Below are positions 1 through 11,072 of a stretch of 45,631 nucleotides of DNA, piece by piece (position 1 is the stretch's first letter; the number at the start of each line of letters is the position of its first letter). The notes beneath the pieces were generated by a model, which was not told the origin of the DNA, searched no databases, and saw only the letters and a list, made by a program, of their open reading frames with translations. Source of the stretch: an uncultured Dictyoglomota bacterium (GTDB taxonomy: Bacteria; Dictyoglomota; Dictyoglomia; Dictyoglomales; Dictyoglomaceae); the NCBI GenBank assembly GCA_964654465.1, contig CAZZIO010000044.1, forward strand, positions 1 to 45,631. Reading direction: 5' to 3'. A program made the translations under genes and the position numbers.

Positions 1-50
1 CCTGACTCTTAATCAGGGGGTTGCAGGTTCGACTCCTGCACGGCTCACCA
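1..50 (+). tRNA. tRNA-Lys(CTT), 5' part cut off by window edge
   Basis: Anticodon arm CCTGA-CT-CTT-AA-TCAGG, T arm GCAGG-TTCGACT-CCTGC, encoded 3' CCA at 48-50. Confidence 0.93.
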
Positions 51-55
51 GTTGT

Positions 56-139
56 GCGAGGGTGGCGGAATGGCAGACGCGCTAGACTTAGGATCTAGTG
101 GGATTTCCCGTGTGGGTTCAAATCCCACCCCTCGCACCA
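56..139 (+). tRNA. tRNA-Leu(TAG)
   Basis: Acceptor GCGAGGG/CCCTCGC, anticodon arm CTAGA-CT-TAG-GA-TCTAG, long variable arm, GGTTCAAATCC T-loop, 3' CCA. Confidence 0.96.
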
Positions 140-156
140 AAGAGATAAATTGATGA

Positions 157-233
<77 letters not shown>

Positions 234-301
234 TTTTTAATAATATACCCCATGCAATCATTTTTTACACAAATTTGATAAACTCTTTTCTATTTTTCTT
301 C

Positions 302-330
302 TTTAATAGTATTTTTTATGATGATATAAT
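302..330 (+). promoter_or_regulatory. Putative sigma70 promoter for tig-clpP-clpX (extended -10)
   Basis: TGnTATAAT at 322-330 with weak TTTAAT 17 bp upstream; SD AGGAGG precedes the tig ATG. Confidence 0.55.
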
Positions 331-385
331 ATAGCTTTGGTATTTAATATAAAAAATGCTATTTTAACAGATAGGAGGTAATGTA

Positions 386-1678
386 ATGACAATTAATGAG
401 ACCAACATTAAATATGATGTAGAAAAGCTTGAGGGAAGTAGAGTAAAAGTGAATGTAGAGATAGATCAATCAGAGAGGGAGAAAAGTCTTGAGAAGGCAT
501 ATAAATCTTTGGTAAAAAGAATTCAAGTGCCTGGTTTTAGAAAAGGTTATACTCCTCGTCCTATTTTGGAAAGATACCTTGGAAATGAGACCTTTGAAAG
601 TGAAGCAATAAAAATAGTTGCGAGAGAAACCTTGGAATGGTTTTTAAATAAAGGAAATGTTACACCTCTTCAGGATCCTTATTTTGATATTCCTGATTCT
701 TGGAAAGAAGGTGAAAATTTAAAATTCTCTTTTGTGCTGGAAGTGCCACCAGAATTTAAGCTTGGAGATTATAAAGGTTTAAATATTAGAAAAGAAAAAG
801 TAGAAGTTACTGAGGAAGAAATTAATAGGGTTATAGAACAGATAGAATTACAACTTAGTAAATTAAATCCTGTAGAAGAAGGACAAGTTGAGAAAGGTGA
901 TGTGGTCTATTTAGAAAGAGTTAAAGAAGATGGTACCCAGCTTCCCCCGATGTGGTTTACATTAAATGGAAAGGTGTTTCAAGAATTGGAAGATAAGATA
1001 TTGGGAATGAAACCAGGAGAAGAAAAGGAATTTGAGATAACTTTTCCTGAAGGTTTTTATGAAAAAGATTTATCAGGTCAAACTTTAAAATTAAAATGGA
1101 AGGTTAATAAGATTTGGAGATATGAGAAGCCTGATCAAGAAACTTTTCTTCAAAAGGTTGGTGCACATTCTTTTGAAGAGTTTAGAGAGAAAGTGAGAGA
1201 AAGCATAAAGGAAGAAAGAGAAAGAAGATCTGAGGACAAAGCTTTTTCTGAAATTATGAGCAAAATATTGGAGAATACAGAACTTGACCCTCCTTTAAGT
1301 TATGTACAGTATCTTGCAGAAAATATTTTTAGAGAATTCGTTAATGATCTTACAAAAAGAGGAATGAGCTTAGATAATTATCTTAATGAGAAGGGGATAA
1401 CAAAAGATGAGTTTATTAGAAATGTCATAGAAGATGCAAAGAATAGAATACGGATGGAGATGATTCTTGAAAAGATAGCGGAAGTTGAAAATATTTCTGT
1501 TTCTGATCAAGAGATAGAAGATGCTATAAGAGAAATCGCTGATAGCGAAGGTAGAGATTACGAAGAGATTAAGAAAGAAATTGAGAAAGAAGATTTAATA
1601 AATACTCTAAGAAGAAATCTTATTAGAGAAAAAGTTAAGAAATTTTTATTAGAACAAAACTTAATAGAGGAGGAATAG
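386..1678 (+). CDS. tig: Trigger factor
   Basis: Ribosome-binding signature [14 protein letters not shown]-like middle region ([15 protein letters not shown]), helical C-terminal domain; directly upstream of clpP-clpX. Confidence 0.96.
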   Translation: MTINETNIKYDVEKLEGSRVKVNVEIDQSEREKSLEKAYKSLVKRIQVPGFRKGYTPRPILERYLGNETFESEAIKIVARETLEWFLNKGNVTPLQDPYFDIPDSWKEGENLKFSFVLEVPPEFKLGDYKGLNIRKEKVEVTEEEINRVIEQIELQLSKLNPVEEGQVEKGDVVYLERVKEDGTQLPPMWFTLNGKVFQELEDKILGMKPGEEKEFEITFPEGFYEKDLSGQTLKLKWKVNKIWRYEKPDQETFLQKVGAHSFEEFREKVRESIKEERERRSEDKAFSEIMSKILENTELDPPLSYVQYLAENIFREFVNDLTKRGMSLDNYLNEKGITKDEFIRNVIEDAKNRIRMEMILEKIAEVENISVSDQEIEDAIREIADSEGRDYEEIKKEIEKEDLINTLRRNLIREKVKKFLLEQNLIEEE

Positions 1679-1685
1679 ATCTATT

Positions 1686-2273
1686 ATGACATTAGTACCT
1701 ATTGTTATAGAGCAGACCCCAAGAGGGGAAAGAGCATATGATATTTATTCAAGGCTTTTGAAAAGTAGGATTGTTTTTTTAGGTACAGCCATAAATGATG
1801 ATGTGGCAAATCTTATAATTGCGCAACTTTTGTTTTTGGAGTCTGAAGATCCTGAAAAGGATATTTATCTTTATATAAATTCCCCTGGTGGTGAAGTTTC
1901 AGCAGGACTTGCTATTTATGATACTATGAGACATATAAAGCCTAAAATAGCCACTGTATGTGTAGGTCAGGCAGCAAGCATGGCTGCTATTCTTTTAAGT
2001 GCAGGAGACAAAGGTAAAAGATATGCTTTACCTCATTCAAGAGTAATGATACATCAACCACTGGGTAGTGCATATGGCCCTGCTGCAGATATAGAAATTC
2101 ATACAAGAGAAATCCTTAAAATAAAGAGGATATTAAATGAAATATTGTCATATCATACAGGACAGCCTATAGAGAAGATCGAAAAAGATACCGACAGAGA
2201 TTTTTTCATGTCTGCTTATGAGGCAAAAGAGTATGGTATTGTTGATGAAGTATTAGAAAGTAAAAAAGGCTAA
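1686..2273 (+). CDS. clpP: ATP-dependent Clp protease proteolytic subunit
   Basis: [21 protein letters not shown] (catalytic Ser), [13 protein letters not shown]. Confidence 0.99.
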   Translation: MTLVPIVIEQTPRGERAYDIYSRLLKSRIVFLGTAINDDVANLIIAQLLFLESEDPEKDIYLYINSPGGEVSAGLAIYDTMRHIKPKIATVCVGQAASMAAILLSAGDKGKRYALPHSRVMIHQPLGSAYGPAADIEIHTREILKIKRILNEILSYHTGQPIEKIEKDTDRDFFMSAYEAKEYGIVDEVLESKKG

Positions 2274-2299
2274 ATCATAGATAAAGGAGATATCAATTT

Positions 2300-3529
2300 A
2301 TGGGAAATAGAGAGCTTCATTGTTCTTTTTGTGGAAAAAGTCAAAAAGAGGTTAAAAAACTTATTGCAGGACCAGGAGTTTATATTTGTGATGAATGTAT
2401 ATCAATAGCTTATAAAATATTGGAAGAAGAGAATAAAAAAGACGATACTTATGATAATTTTGAACTGCCAAAACCATCCGATATTAAATCTTTCTTAGAT
2501 CAATATGTTATAGGGCAAGAGAAAGCAAAAAAAATATTATCAGTAGCAGTTTATAATCATTATAAGAGAATATTTATGAGAGATAAATTAAAAGAGGATG
2601 TAGAAATTCAGAAAAGTAATATACTTCTAATTGGACCAACTGGTGTAGGTAAGACTCTTCTTGCAGAAACTCTCGCAAAATTCTTAAAGGTACCTTTTGC
2701 TATAGCAGATGCTACCACACTTACTGAGGCTGGCTATGTGGGGGAAGATGTGGAGAATATTCTTTTAAGACTCATTCAAAATGCAGATTGGGATGTTAAA
2801 AGGGCAGAAAAAGGAATAGTTTACATTGATGAGATAGATAAGATATCGAGAAAGTCTGAAAATCCATCTATTACAAGAGATGTTTCTGGGGAGGGAGTTC
2901 AACAAGCTTTATTAAGAATTGTTGAGGGAACTATAGCTAATGTACCCCCTCAAGGTGGGAGAAAACATCCTTATCAGGAGTTTATTCAGATAAACACAAA
3001 AGATATTTTGTTTATTGCTGGTGGTTCTTTTGAAGGAATAGAAAAAATAGTAGAAAAAAGACTTGATGTATCAAGTATCGGATTTGGTGCACAAATAGAA
3101 CCTAAAAATAGAAAAAGTTTAAGTCAGATCCTCTCAAATATCATTCCAGAAGATCTTATAAAATTCGGAATGATTCCTGAATTTGTTGGAAGATTTCCTG
3201 TTGTAGCGGTTTTAGAACCTCTTAATGAGGAAGCTCTTATGAAGATATTAGTAGAACCTAAAAATGCTCTTGTTAAACAATATAAGGCATTATTGGCTTT
3301 AGAAGGGGTAGAATTAGATTTTACAGAGGATACATTAAGAGCTATAGTCAAAGAAGCACAAGAAAAGGCTACAGGTGCAAGAGGATTAAGAGCTGTAATG
3401 GAAGAACTTATGTTAGAACTTATGTATGAGCTACCGTCCTTAGGAATCAAAAAATTTGTCATCACACCAGAATTAGTTTATAATCGTGGAAAATTATCTA
3501 TAGAAAAATTAAAAAAGATGGCAGGTTAG
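2300..3529 (+). CDS. clpX: ATP-dependent Clp protease ATP-binding subunit ClpX
   Basis: C4 zinc finger CSFC...ICDEC, Walker [13 protein letters not shown] pore loop, RKH, IGF loop, GARGLR. Confidence 0.99.
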   Translation: MGNRELHCSFCGKSQKEVKKLIAGPGVYICDECISIAYKILEEENKKDDTYDNFELPKPSDIKSFLDQYVIGQEKAKKILSVAVYNHYKRIFMRDKLKEDVEIQKSNILLIGPTGVGKTLLAETLAKFLKVPFAIADATTLTEAGYVGEDVENILLRLIQNADWDVKRAEKGIVYIDEIDKISRKSENPSITRDVSGEGVQQALLRIVEGTIANVPPQGGRKHPYQEFIQINTKDILFIAGGSFEGIEKIVEKRLDVSSIGFGAQIEPKNRKSLSQILSNIIPEDLIKFGMIPEFVGRFPVVAVLEPLNEEALMKILVEPKNALVKQYKALLALEGVELDFTEDTLRAIVKEAQEKATGARGLRAVMEELMLELMYELPSLGIKKFVITPELVYNRGKLSIEKLKKMAG

Positions 3530-3541
3530 GGGGTTTATTTT

Positions 3542-6184
3542 ATGAAAGAGGAGATGGCTTCTGTTTATTCCTTTTTGGATGTGGAGAAAAAATGGTATGA
3601 TTATTGGCTAAATAAGGATTATTTTCATGCAGAAGTGGATGACTCAAAAAAACCCTTCTGTATAGTATTGCCACCCCCAAATATTACAGGTTCTTTACAT
3701 TTAGGCCATGCTTTAAACGCGACTATTCAGGATATCTTGATTAGATGGAGAAGAATGCAAGGTTATAATGCATTATGGATTCCAGGCACTGATCATGCAG
3801 GCATTGCAACCCAAATGGTAGTAGAAAGAGAACTTTTAAAAGAGGGAAAAAGCAGATGGGATTTAGGCAGAGAAAAATTTTTGGAAAAGGTATGGGACTG
3901 GAAGGAAAAATATGGAAATACTATTGTAGAGCAGTTAAAGAAACTTGGGGTTTCATGTGATTGGAAAAGATTTAGATTTACCATGGATGAAGTATATTCA
4001 AAAGCTGTAATTAAGGCTTTTGTTGAGCTTTATAAAAAGGGATATATATATAGAGGAGAAAGAATAATAAATTGGTGTCCCCGTTGTAGAACAGCGATCT
4101 CTGATTTGGAAGTCAGATATATAGAAGAGTCCTCCTATTTATGGTACATAAAATATCCTTTCTATGATGAAGAAGGTTATATAGTTATAGCAACTGCAAG
4201 ACCTGAAACCATGTTAGGTGATACTGCTGTAGCTGTTAATCCGGAAGATGAGAGATATAAAAATCTTATTGGGAAAAAAGTTATTCTACCATTAGTCGGG
4301 AGAGTAATTCCTATTATTGGCGATGAGACAGTAGATCCTAATTTTGGCACCGGTGCTTTAAAGGTTACTCCAGCTCATGATGCTGATGATTTTGAGATAG
4401 GTAAAAAACATAATTTGGATTTCATATCTGTGATTGATGAAAAAGGATTTATGAATGAGAATGCTGGTAAATATAAAGGACTTAGTGTTTTAGAATGTAG
4501 AAAGAAAATAGAGGAAGATTTAGAAAAAGAAGGATTTCTTTTAAAGAAAGAAGTATACGTTCATGATATTGCCACTTGTGATAGATGTGGTACTCCCATA
4601 GAACCTATGATATCTAAACAATGGTTTATGAAAATGGATAATTTAGCAAATCCTGCCATATTAGCAGTTGAGGAAAGTAAAGTGAAATTTATTCCTGATA
4701 GATGGAAGAAGGTTTACTTCGATTGGATGTATAACATTAGAGATTGGTGTTTATCAAGACAGTTATGGTGGGGGCATAGAATTCCCGCTTGGTATTGTAA
4801 TGATTGTGGCTATATAAATGTGGCTGAAAAATCTCCTGATAAATGTGAGAATTGTGGTTCATCTAATCTAAAACAAGATGATGATGTATTAGATACATGG
4901 TTTAGTTCTGCTTTATGGCCTCTTGGTACTTTAGGATGGCCAGAAGATACAAAAGATCTTAAATATTTCTATCCTACCTCTGTATTAAGTACAGCAAGAG
5001 ATATTATTAATCTTTGGGTTGCCCGGATGATTATGATGGGACTTGAATTTAAAAATGATGTGCCTTTCTACCATGTATATGTTCATCCAACAGTACTCAC
5101 AAGAGAAGGAAAACGTATGAGTAAATCGAAGGGAACAGGTGTAGATCCCTTAGATTTAATAAATAAATATGGTGCAGATGTTACAAGATTTGGCCTTGCT
5201 ATTCAGTGTACTGAAATGCAAGATTTGAGGTTTCATGAAGAGAATTTTGAAAACACAAGAAATTTTACTAATAAAATATGGAATGCTTCCAGATTTGTAA
5301 TATCAAATTTGGAAGATAGAAAATATTCAGAAGTAAAATTAGAATACCATCTCTTATCTTTATCAGATAAATGGATATTGAGCAGGCTTCAAAAAGAGAT
5401 TAAAGAGGTAACAGATCATTTAGAGAATTATAGATTTAGTGAATATGTAAAAACTATATATAATTTCTTTTGGAATGAATTTTGTGACTGGTATATTGAG
5501 ATGGTAAAACCCAGATTATCTCAAAAAGAGGATCCAGAGAGTAGGTTAGTTTCTCAAACTATTCTTTGGAAGGTGTTAAGTGATAATCTGAAACTTCTTC
5601 ATCCTGTAATGCCTTTTATTACTGAAGAGATTTGGCATAAACTGCCAGAAAACAGCGAGAGTATAATGATCTCATCTTGGCCTATCTCTGATGATACCTT
5701 TATTGATGAAAAAGCAGAAAAGGATATGGAATTTATTATGGAGTCAATCAGAACAATTCGAGCAATTAGATCTGAATTCAATATCTCTCCCTCTGATGTT
5801 ATAAAAGTAGATTTTTACACCCTTGATAAAGATAAGGAGATTTTACTTCTCGGTAATTCTGGTTATTTTGCTACGCTTGCAAAAGCAGAAATTAATAAAG
5901 TTGACGAAAAGAAAGATATTAAAAATGTAGTACATAAAGTCTTAGAAGGTGTTGATTTATATGTAAATCTAAAGGGTTTAATTGATATAACAAAAGAAAA
6001 AGAGAGAATAAAGAAAGAATTAGAGGAAGCATTAAATATAAAGAAGAAAATTGAAGAAAGACTTTCCAACGAGGAGTTTCTAAGAAAAGCCCCAGAAAAT
6101 GTGGTAGAAAAGGAGAAAGAGAAATTAGAAAGTATTAATAGAAAGATAAGGAGCTTAGAAGAAAGTTTTAATACATTAGAGTAG
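3542..6184 (+). CDS. valS: Valine--tRNA ligase
   Basis: PPPNITGSLHLGH, DHAGIATQ, DWCLSRQLWWGH, KMSKS variant RMSKS, C-terminal coiled coil (FLRKAPENVV). Confidence 0.98.
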   Translation: MKEEMASVYSFLDVEKKWYDYWLNKDYFHAEVDDSKKPFCIVLPPPNITGSLHLGHALNATIQDILIRWRRMQGYNALWIPGTDHAGIATQMVVERELLKEGKSRWDLGREKFLEKVWDWKEKYGNTIVEQLKKLGVSCDWKRFRFTMDEVYSKAVIKAFVELYKKGYIYRGERIINWCPRCRTAISDLEVRYIEESSYLWYIKYPFYDEEGYIVIATARPETMLGDTAVAVNPEDERYKNLIGKKVILPLVGRVIPIIGDETVDPNFGTGALKVTPAHDADDFEIGKKHNLDFISVIDEKGFMNENAGKYKGLSVLECRKKIEEDLEKEGFLLKKEVYVHDIATCDRCGTPIEPMISKQWFMKMDNLANPAILAVEESKVKFIPDRWKKVYFDWMYNIRDWCLSRQLWWGHRIPAWYCNDCGYINVAEKSPDKCENCGSSNLKQDDDVLDTWFSSALWPLGTLGWPEDTKDLKYFYPTSVLSTARDIINLWVARMIMMGLEFKNDVPFYHVYVHPTVLTREGKRMSKSKGTGVDPLDLINKYGADVTRFGLAIQCTEMQDLRFHEENFENTRNFTNKIWNASRFVISNLEDRKYSEVKLEYHLLSLSDKWILSRLQKEIKEVTDHLENYRFSEYVKTIYNFFWNEFCDWYIEMVKPRLSQKEDPESRLVSQTILWKVLSDNLKLLHPVMPFITEEIWHKLPENSESIMISSWPISDDTFIDEKAEKDMEFIMESIRTIRAIRSEFNISPSDVIKVDFYTLDKDKEILLLGNSGYFATLAKAEINKVDEKKDIKNVVHKVLEGVDLYVNLKGLIDITKEKERIKKELEEALNIKKKIEERLSNEEFLRKAPENVVEKEKEKLESINRKIRSLEESFNTLE

Positions 6185-6218
6185 TTAAGTAGTTTAAAAA
6201 TTAAACAGGGAGGTCATT

Positions 6219-7532
6219 ATGAAAATATATGGCTTTAAAGGTGGTGTACATCCCCCTGAAAAAAAGGAATTATCAAAAGATGTACCAATAACAAAAATTC
6301 CTCTCCCTGAAAGATTACTTATTCTTACAATTCAGCATACAGGAGCTCCTACAACCCCTCTTGTTAAAGCTAAGGACCATGTATTTAAAGGACAAAAAAT
6401 TGGAGATGCGCAGGCTTTTGTTACGGCTCCTATTCATGCTCCAACTTCAGGAACTGTAAAAAGAATTGCACTTTTTCCTCATCCCAATGGAAGAAATGTT
6501 TTGGGTATTGAGATAGAGCCAGATGGCAAAGAAGAGATTTTTCCAGATATTCCCAGAGATTTATCATGGCAAAATCTTTCACCTGACGAGATTAAAAAGA
6601 GAATTAGAGAGGCTGGTATTGTTGGACTCGGAGGTGCTGCTTTTCCTACCCATGTGAAGATATCACCTCCACCAGAGAAAAAGATAGATACGGTTATTCT
6701 CAATGGAGCAGAGTGTGAGCCGTACTTGACTATAGACTATAGGCTTATGTTAGAGAAACCTCAACTAATTATAGAAGGGTTGAGGATATTGATGTATGCA
6801 TTAGGAGTTAAGAAGGGAATTATTGGTATTGAGAATAACAAGAAGGATGCAGCGGAAGTTTTGAGAAAATATATAGATAGGGATATAGAAATTGCTATTT
6901 TACCCACGAAATATCCTCAAGGTTCTGAAAAGCATCTCATAAAGGCTATTTTAGATAGAGAAGTTCCCTCTGGAGGTCTTCCTTTAGATGTAGGGGTAGT
7001 TGTTAATAATGTGGGAACAGCAGTAGCTATTGCTGAACATTTTAAAACAGGCCTTCCTTTAATTTCTCGTGGAGTAACAGTTACAGGTGAGAATATTAAT
7101 TCTCCTAAAAATTTAGAGGTTTTGATAGGTACTCCTGTATCAAAACTTATTGAGGCTGCAGGAGGATTCAGAGAAAAGCCAGGAAAGATTATATTTGGTG
7201 GACCTATGATGGGTATAGCTATTTATGATATGGATACACCAGTTATTAAAGGTACATCAGGTGTGGTTGTTTTTTCTGAGAAGGAAACAAAATATTATGA
7301 ACCTGTGGAATGTGTAAGATGTGGAAGATGTATTGATGTTTGTCCTATGGGATTAATGCCTACCATATTAGCTAAATATGTAAGAAGAGGTAAACTAATA
7401 GAGGCGGAGGAGTTAGGAATATTAGATTGTGTAGAATGTGGTTCTTGTAATTATATATGTCCTTCCAGAAGACCCCTTCTTCAATGGATAAGAGTAGGTA
7501 AAACGGATATCTTAGCAAAGAAAAGAAAGTAA
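6219..7532 (+). CDS. rnfC: Rnf electron transport complex subunit C
   Basis: FKGGVHP, GIVGLGGAAFPT, NGAECEPY, GGPMMG, two CxxCxxCxxxCP clusters. Confidence 0.97.
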   Translation: MKIYGFKGGVHPPEKKELSKDVPITKIPLPERLLILTIQHTGAPTTPLVKAKDHVFKGQKIGDAQAFVTAPIHAPTSGTVKRIALFPHPNGRNVLGIEIEPDGKEEIFPDIPRDLSWQNLSPDEIKKRIREAGIVGLGGAAFPTHVKISPPPEKKIDTVILNGAECEPYLTIDYRLMLEKPQLIIEGLRILMYALGVKKGIIGIENNKKDAAEVLRKYIDRDIEIAILPTKYPQGSEKHLIKAILDREVPSGGLPLDVGVVVNNVGTAVAIAEHFKTGLPLISRGVTVTGENINSPKNLEVLIGTPVSKLIEAAGGFREKPGKIIFGGPMMGIAIYDMDTPVIKGTSGVVVFSEKETKYYEPVECVRCGRCIDVCPMGLMPTILAKYVRRGKLIEAEELGILDCVECGSCNYICPSRRPLLQWIRVGKTDILAKKRK

Positions 7533-7550
7533 AGGGAGGCATAACCAGTT

Positions 7551-8522
7551 ATGAAGTCAGAGATGGATAAATTAATAGTTTCTTCATCGCCTCATATTTT
7601 TGTTAAAGAAGATGTTTCATATGCGATGAGGCAAGTAATTTATGCACTAATACCTGCTACTCTTGCAGGTGTTTATTTTTTTGGTTTGTATTCTTTATTG
7701 GTTATATTAGTAAGTATAATTTCAGCAGTTTTATGGGAAGCTTTTGCTCTTATTTTGAGGAAAAAGCCATTAAATATACTTTTAGATTTTAGTGCTGTAG
7801 TTACAGGGCTTCTTCTTGCCCTTACTTTACCTCCTAAGGTTCCATTATGGATTCCTATAGTGGGATCTGGTGCAGCTATTCTTCTTGGAAAGCAGGTTTT
7901 TGGAGGATTGGGTGATAATTTTTTAAATCCTGCCTTAGTTGGAAGAGCCTTTCTCCTCTCTTCCTATCCTCAAATAATGACCTCATGGATGGAACCTATT
8001 CATAAAATTGGAGGCATGGTTTCACAAGCATCTCCCCTTACTTCTACTGCCACCCCTCTTGCTATAGAAAAACTTAAACTTACTGGTTATCAAATACCCT
8101 CATATTTTCATCTTTTTATTGGTGATATTCCAGGATGTATAGGAGAAACTTCTGCCTTATTATTGCTTTTAGGTGGTCTCTACCTTATTTATAAAGAAAT
8201 AGTGGATTGGAGAATACCACTTTCATATATTTCAACGGTTATTATAATTTCCCTTTTATTCGGGAAAGACCCTATTTTTCAAATATTAGCTGGAGGACTT
8301 TTTTTAGGTGCTTTCTTTATGGCTACTGATTGGGTAACAACCCCTCTTACAACAAAAGGTAAAATTATTTTTGGAATAGGAGCAGGTTTCTTTACAATGG
8401 TTATAAGATTATTTGGTATTTATCCAGAAGGAGTATCTTATGGAATTCTTGTTATGAATGCTTTGACTCCTCTTATAGATAGAACCTTAAAACCTCGCAA
8501 ATTTGGAGAGGTGAGAAAATGA
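7551..8522 (+). CDS. rnfD: Rnf electron transport complex subunit D
   Basis: SSPH start, KQVFGGLG.N.LNPALVGR, flavinylation-site ATPL, GCIGETS, FFMATD. Confidence 0.97.
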   Translation: MKSEMDKLIVSSSPHIFVKEDVSYAMRQVIYALIPATLAGVYFFGLYSLLVILVSIISAVLWEAFALILRKKPLNILLDFSAVVTGLLLALTLPPKVPLWIPIVGSGAAILLGKQVFGGLGDNFLNPALVGRAFLLSSYPQIMTSWMEPIHKIGGMVSQASPLTSTATPLAIEKLKLTGYQIPSYFHLFIGDIPGCIGETSALLLLLGGLYLIYKEIVDWRIPLSYISTVIIISLLFGKDPIFQILAGGLFLGAFFMATDWVTTPLTTKGKIIFGIGAGFFTMVIRLFGIYPEGVSYGILVMNALTPLIDRTLKPRKFGEVRK

Positions 8523-9055
8523 AACAGATATTAAGATATGGATTAATCCTTTTTTTGGTATGTAGTATATCAGCTGGTGTTTTAGCCTTTACATATGAAA
8601 ACACTCAGAGAGTAATTGAGAGCAATAGAAAAAAAGAAAAAGAAAGAATTTTAAAGGAAATAATTCCAGAGGCAACAGATTTCAAAAAAGTCGAGAATCC
8701 TCCAAAATCTGATAGTAATTTAGTAAAAATAACCGAAGTATATATTGCTTATAAAGGAAATGAAAAAACTGGAACTGTTTGGGAAGTGACATCAAAGGGG
8801 TATAGTAGTGATATTTTGATGATCATTGGTACAAATAAGGAAGGTAAAATTTCCCACATAACTATACTTTCTCAACAAGAAACACCAGGCCTTGGGACTG
8901 AAATTGTTAAGGATAGTTTTTTAAATCAGTTTATAGGAAGAGATACCCCAAATTTAGAAGTAAAAAAGAATGTTACTCCTGTATCAGGAGCAACTATCTC
9001 CTCTTCTGCAATTGTGAGAGCTGTAAATGAGGTTCTGAAACACAAAAACTTTTAG
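8519..9055 (+). CDS. rnfG: Rnf electron transport complex subunit G (FMN-binding)
   Basis: N-terminal TM helix, ETPGLG, covalent FMN motif SGATISS. Confidence 0.96.
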   Translation: MKQILRYGLILFLVCSISAGVLAFTYENTQRVIESNRKKEKERILKEIIPEATDFKKVENPPKSDSNLVKITEVYIAYKGNEKTGTVWEVTSKGYSSDILMIIGTNKEGKISHITILSQQETPGLGTEIVKDSFLNQFIGRDTPNLEVKKNVTPVSGATISSSAIVRAVNEVLKHKNF

Positions 9056-9067
9056 GGGGGAAGAAAA

Positions 9068-9664
9068 ATGAAAAAGCTATGGATATATATAAGAAATGGT
9101 ATTTTTAAAGAGAATCCTGTTTTGATATTAATGATAGGTCTGTGTTCTGTACTTGCTGTTTCTGTTAGTGTACAAAATGCAATTGGAATGGGACTTGCTT
9201 TTACCTTTGTTATGGTTTTTTCTAATTTGTTTGTATCTCTTTTAAGAAAATTTACACCTCACGACATAAGAATACCTATTTTTATTGTAGTTATTGGTAC
9301 TTTTACTACCATTGTTGATCTTGTTATATCTGCTTATTTTCCAGAACTTTATAAGGCTTTAGGTATTTTTATTCCATTAATTGTGGTAAATTGCATAATA
9401 ATTGGTAGGGCTGAGGCTTTTGCTTATAAACATTCAGTAATGGAATCTATTGCTGATGGGATAGGAATAAGTATAGGTTATATATGGGCTATAGTAGCCT
9501 TAGGAGCCATAAGAGAATTTTTGGGATCAGGAACTCTTTTGAATACAAATATTTTTCAAAATTTTCAGCCTGCTAAAGTTTTTGTAATGCCTCCTGGAGC
9601 TTTTTGGGGAATAGGATTGTTGATAGGAATATTGAAATGGGTAGATAGTAAAATTAGGAGGTAA
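9068..9664 (+). CDS. rnfE: Rnf electron transport complex subunit E
   Basis: ENPVL..GLC, LGIFIPLIVVNC, GRAEAFA, PPGAF. Confidence 0.96.
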   Translation: MKKLWIYIRNGIFKENPVLILMIGLCSVLAVSVSVQNAIGMGLAFTFVMVFSNLFVSLLRKFTPHDIRIPIFIVVIGTFTTIVDLVISAYFPELYKALGIFIPLIVVNCIIIGRAEAFAYKHSVMESIADGIGISIGYIWAIVALGAIREFLGSGTLLNTNIFQNFQPAKVFVMPPGAFWGIGLLIGILKWVDSKIRR

Positions 9665-9668
9665 TAAC

Positions 9669-10256
9669 ATGGGATATGTTGGAAAACTATTTCTTCTTTT
9701 TCTATCTGCTTCTCTTATCGATAATATTGTTTTTATGAGATTTTTAGCTTTATGTCCTTTTGTAGGTATGAGTTCTTTTCTTGAAACATCTATTGGTATG
9801 GGTGTTGCTGTAGCTTTTGTTATGACCATGGCATCGGTGGTAACATTCTTTATCTATTATTATATTCTTATTCCACTTAATTTAATTTTTTTAAGAACCA
9901 TATCTTTTATATTAGTGATTGCAGTTTTAGTACAACTTGTGGAGATGTTTATAAGAAAGACTTCTCCATCTCTTTATAAGGCTATGGGTATTTACTTACC
10001 ATTAATAACTACAAATTGTGCTATATTAGGTGTTACGCTTTTAAATATAAACTATCAGCATGATCTTATTGAATCTATTATTTATTCATTGGGTGTCTCT
10101 CTTGGCTTTACTATTGCCTTAGTACTTCTTGCAACCATAAGAGAGAGGTTTTCTTTTTCAGATATACCTAAATTTTGGCAAGGATATCCTATTGTTTTTA
10201 TAACCGCTGGCCTATTGGCATTAATTTTTCTTGGATTTCAAGGACTTGCTCATTAA
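9669..10256 (+). CDS. rnfA: Rnf electron transport complex subunit A
   Basis: FLALCPF, FILVIAVLVQLVE, GIYLPLITTNCAILG. Confidence 0.96.
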   Translation: MGYVGKLFLLFLSASLIDNIVFMRFLALCPFVGMSSFLETSIGMGVAVAFVMTMASVVTFFIYYYILIPLNLIFLRTISFILVIAVLVQLVEMFIRKTSPSLYKAMGIYLPLITTNCAILGVTLLNINYQHDLIESIIYSLGVSLGFTIALVLLATIRERFSFSDIPKFWQGYPIVFITAGLLALIFLGFQGLAH

Positions 10257-10271
10257 AAAGGAGGAAATGAT

Positions 10272-11072
10272 ATGGAATTAATAATAATATCAATCTTAGT
10301 ATTAGGAGGGATTGGTTTTCTTTTTGGCTTAGGTTTAGCAGTAGCAGGTGAGAAATTTAAGGTAGAGCTTGATCCTCGTATTTCTCAGATTATGTCGGTT
10401 TTACCGGGGGGAAATTGTGGTGCGTGTGGCTATACAGGGTGTGAGGCTTGTGCTATAGCGATTTTAGAGGGTAGAGCACCTATTACTGCTTGTATTGTAG
10501 GAGGAGATAAAGTAGCGAAAGAAATTGCAAAGATTATGGGAGCTAATGAAGAAGTTAGTCTTGTGAAACAGGTATCTTTCCTTACATGTCAAGGAGGCAA
10601 AGGAATTGCTCAGGAAAGGTTTATATATAAGGGAGTAGAAAAATGTAAAGCAGCAAATTTGGTTCAAGGAGGTTATAAAGGTTGTCCTACTGGATGTTTA
10701 GGATATGGTGATTGTGTTAGAGCTTGTCCTTTTGATGCTATACATATGGGAGACGATGGTCTACCTAAAATTGATGTGAATAAATGTACTGGATGTGGTT
10801 TGTGTGTGAAAGCATGTCCAAGGGGTATTTTAACTTTATTACCTGTTAATATCCCTTTACTACTTTGTTGTAAAACAGAACTTCCAGGACCTGATGCAAG
10901 AAAGGTATGTTCTCATGCATGTATTGGATGTGGTATTTGTGAAAAGGTATGCCCTAAAGGAGCAATTAAGATAGAGGGTAGATTTCCAGTTATAAATTAT
11001 GACCTTTGTGATGGTTGTGGAATCTGTGTAGAAAAATGTCCAACAAAGGCGCTTATATTATTAAAGCGTTAA
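10272..11072 (+). CDS. rnfB: Rnf electron transport complex subunit B (polyferredoxin)
   Basis: N-terminal TM, LPGGNCGACGYTGC, four further CxxCxxCxxxCP-type motifs. Confidence 0.96.
   Translation: MELIIISILVLGGIGFLFGLGLAVAGEKFKVELDPRISQIMSVLPGGNCGACGYTGCEACAIAILEGRAPITACIVGGDKVAKEIAKIMGANEEVSLVKQVSFLTCQGGKGIAQERFIYKGVEKCKAANLVQGGYKGCPTGCLGYGDCVRACPFDAIHMGDDGLPKIDVNKCTGCGLCVKACPRGILTLLPVNIPLLLCCKTELPGPDARKVCSHACIGCGICEKVCPKGAIKIEGRFPVINYDLCDGCGICVEKCPTKALILLKR

Noticed and set aside
6190..6208. Small palindrome GTTTAA-AAA-TTAAAC before rnfC as a Rex operator
   Set aside because: Only about 10 of 14 positions match a Rex-type box in very AT-rich DNA, and no clear promoter is adjacent
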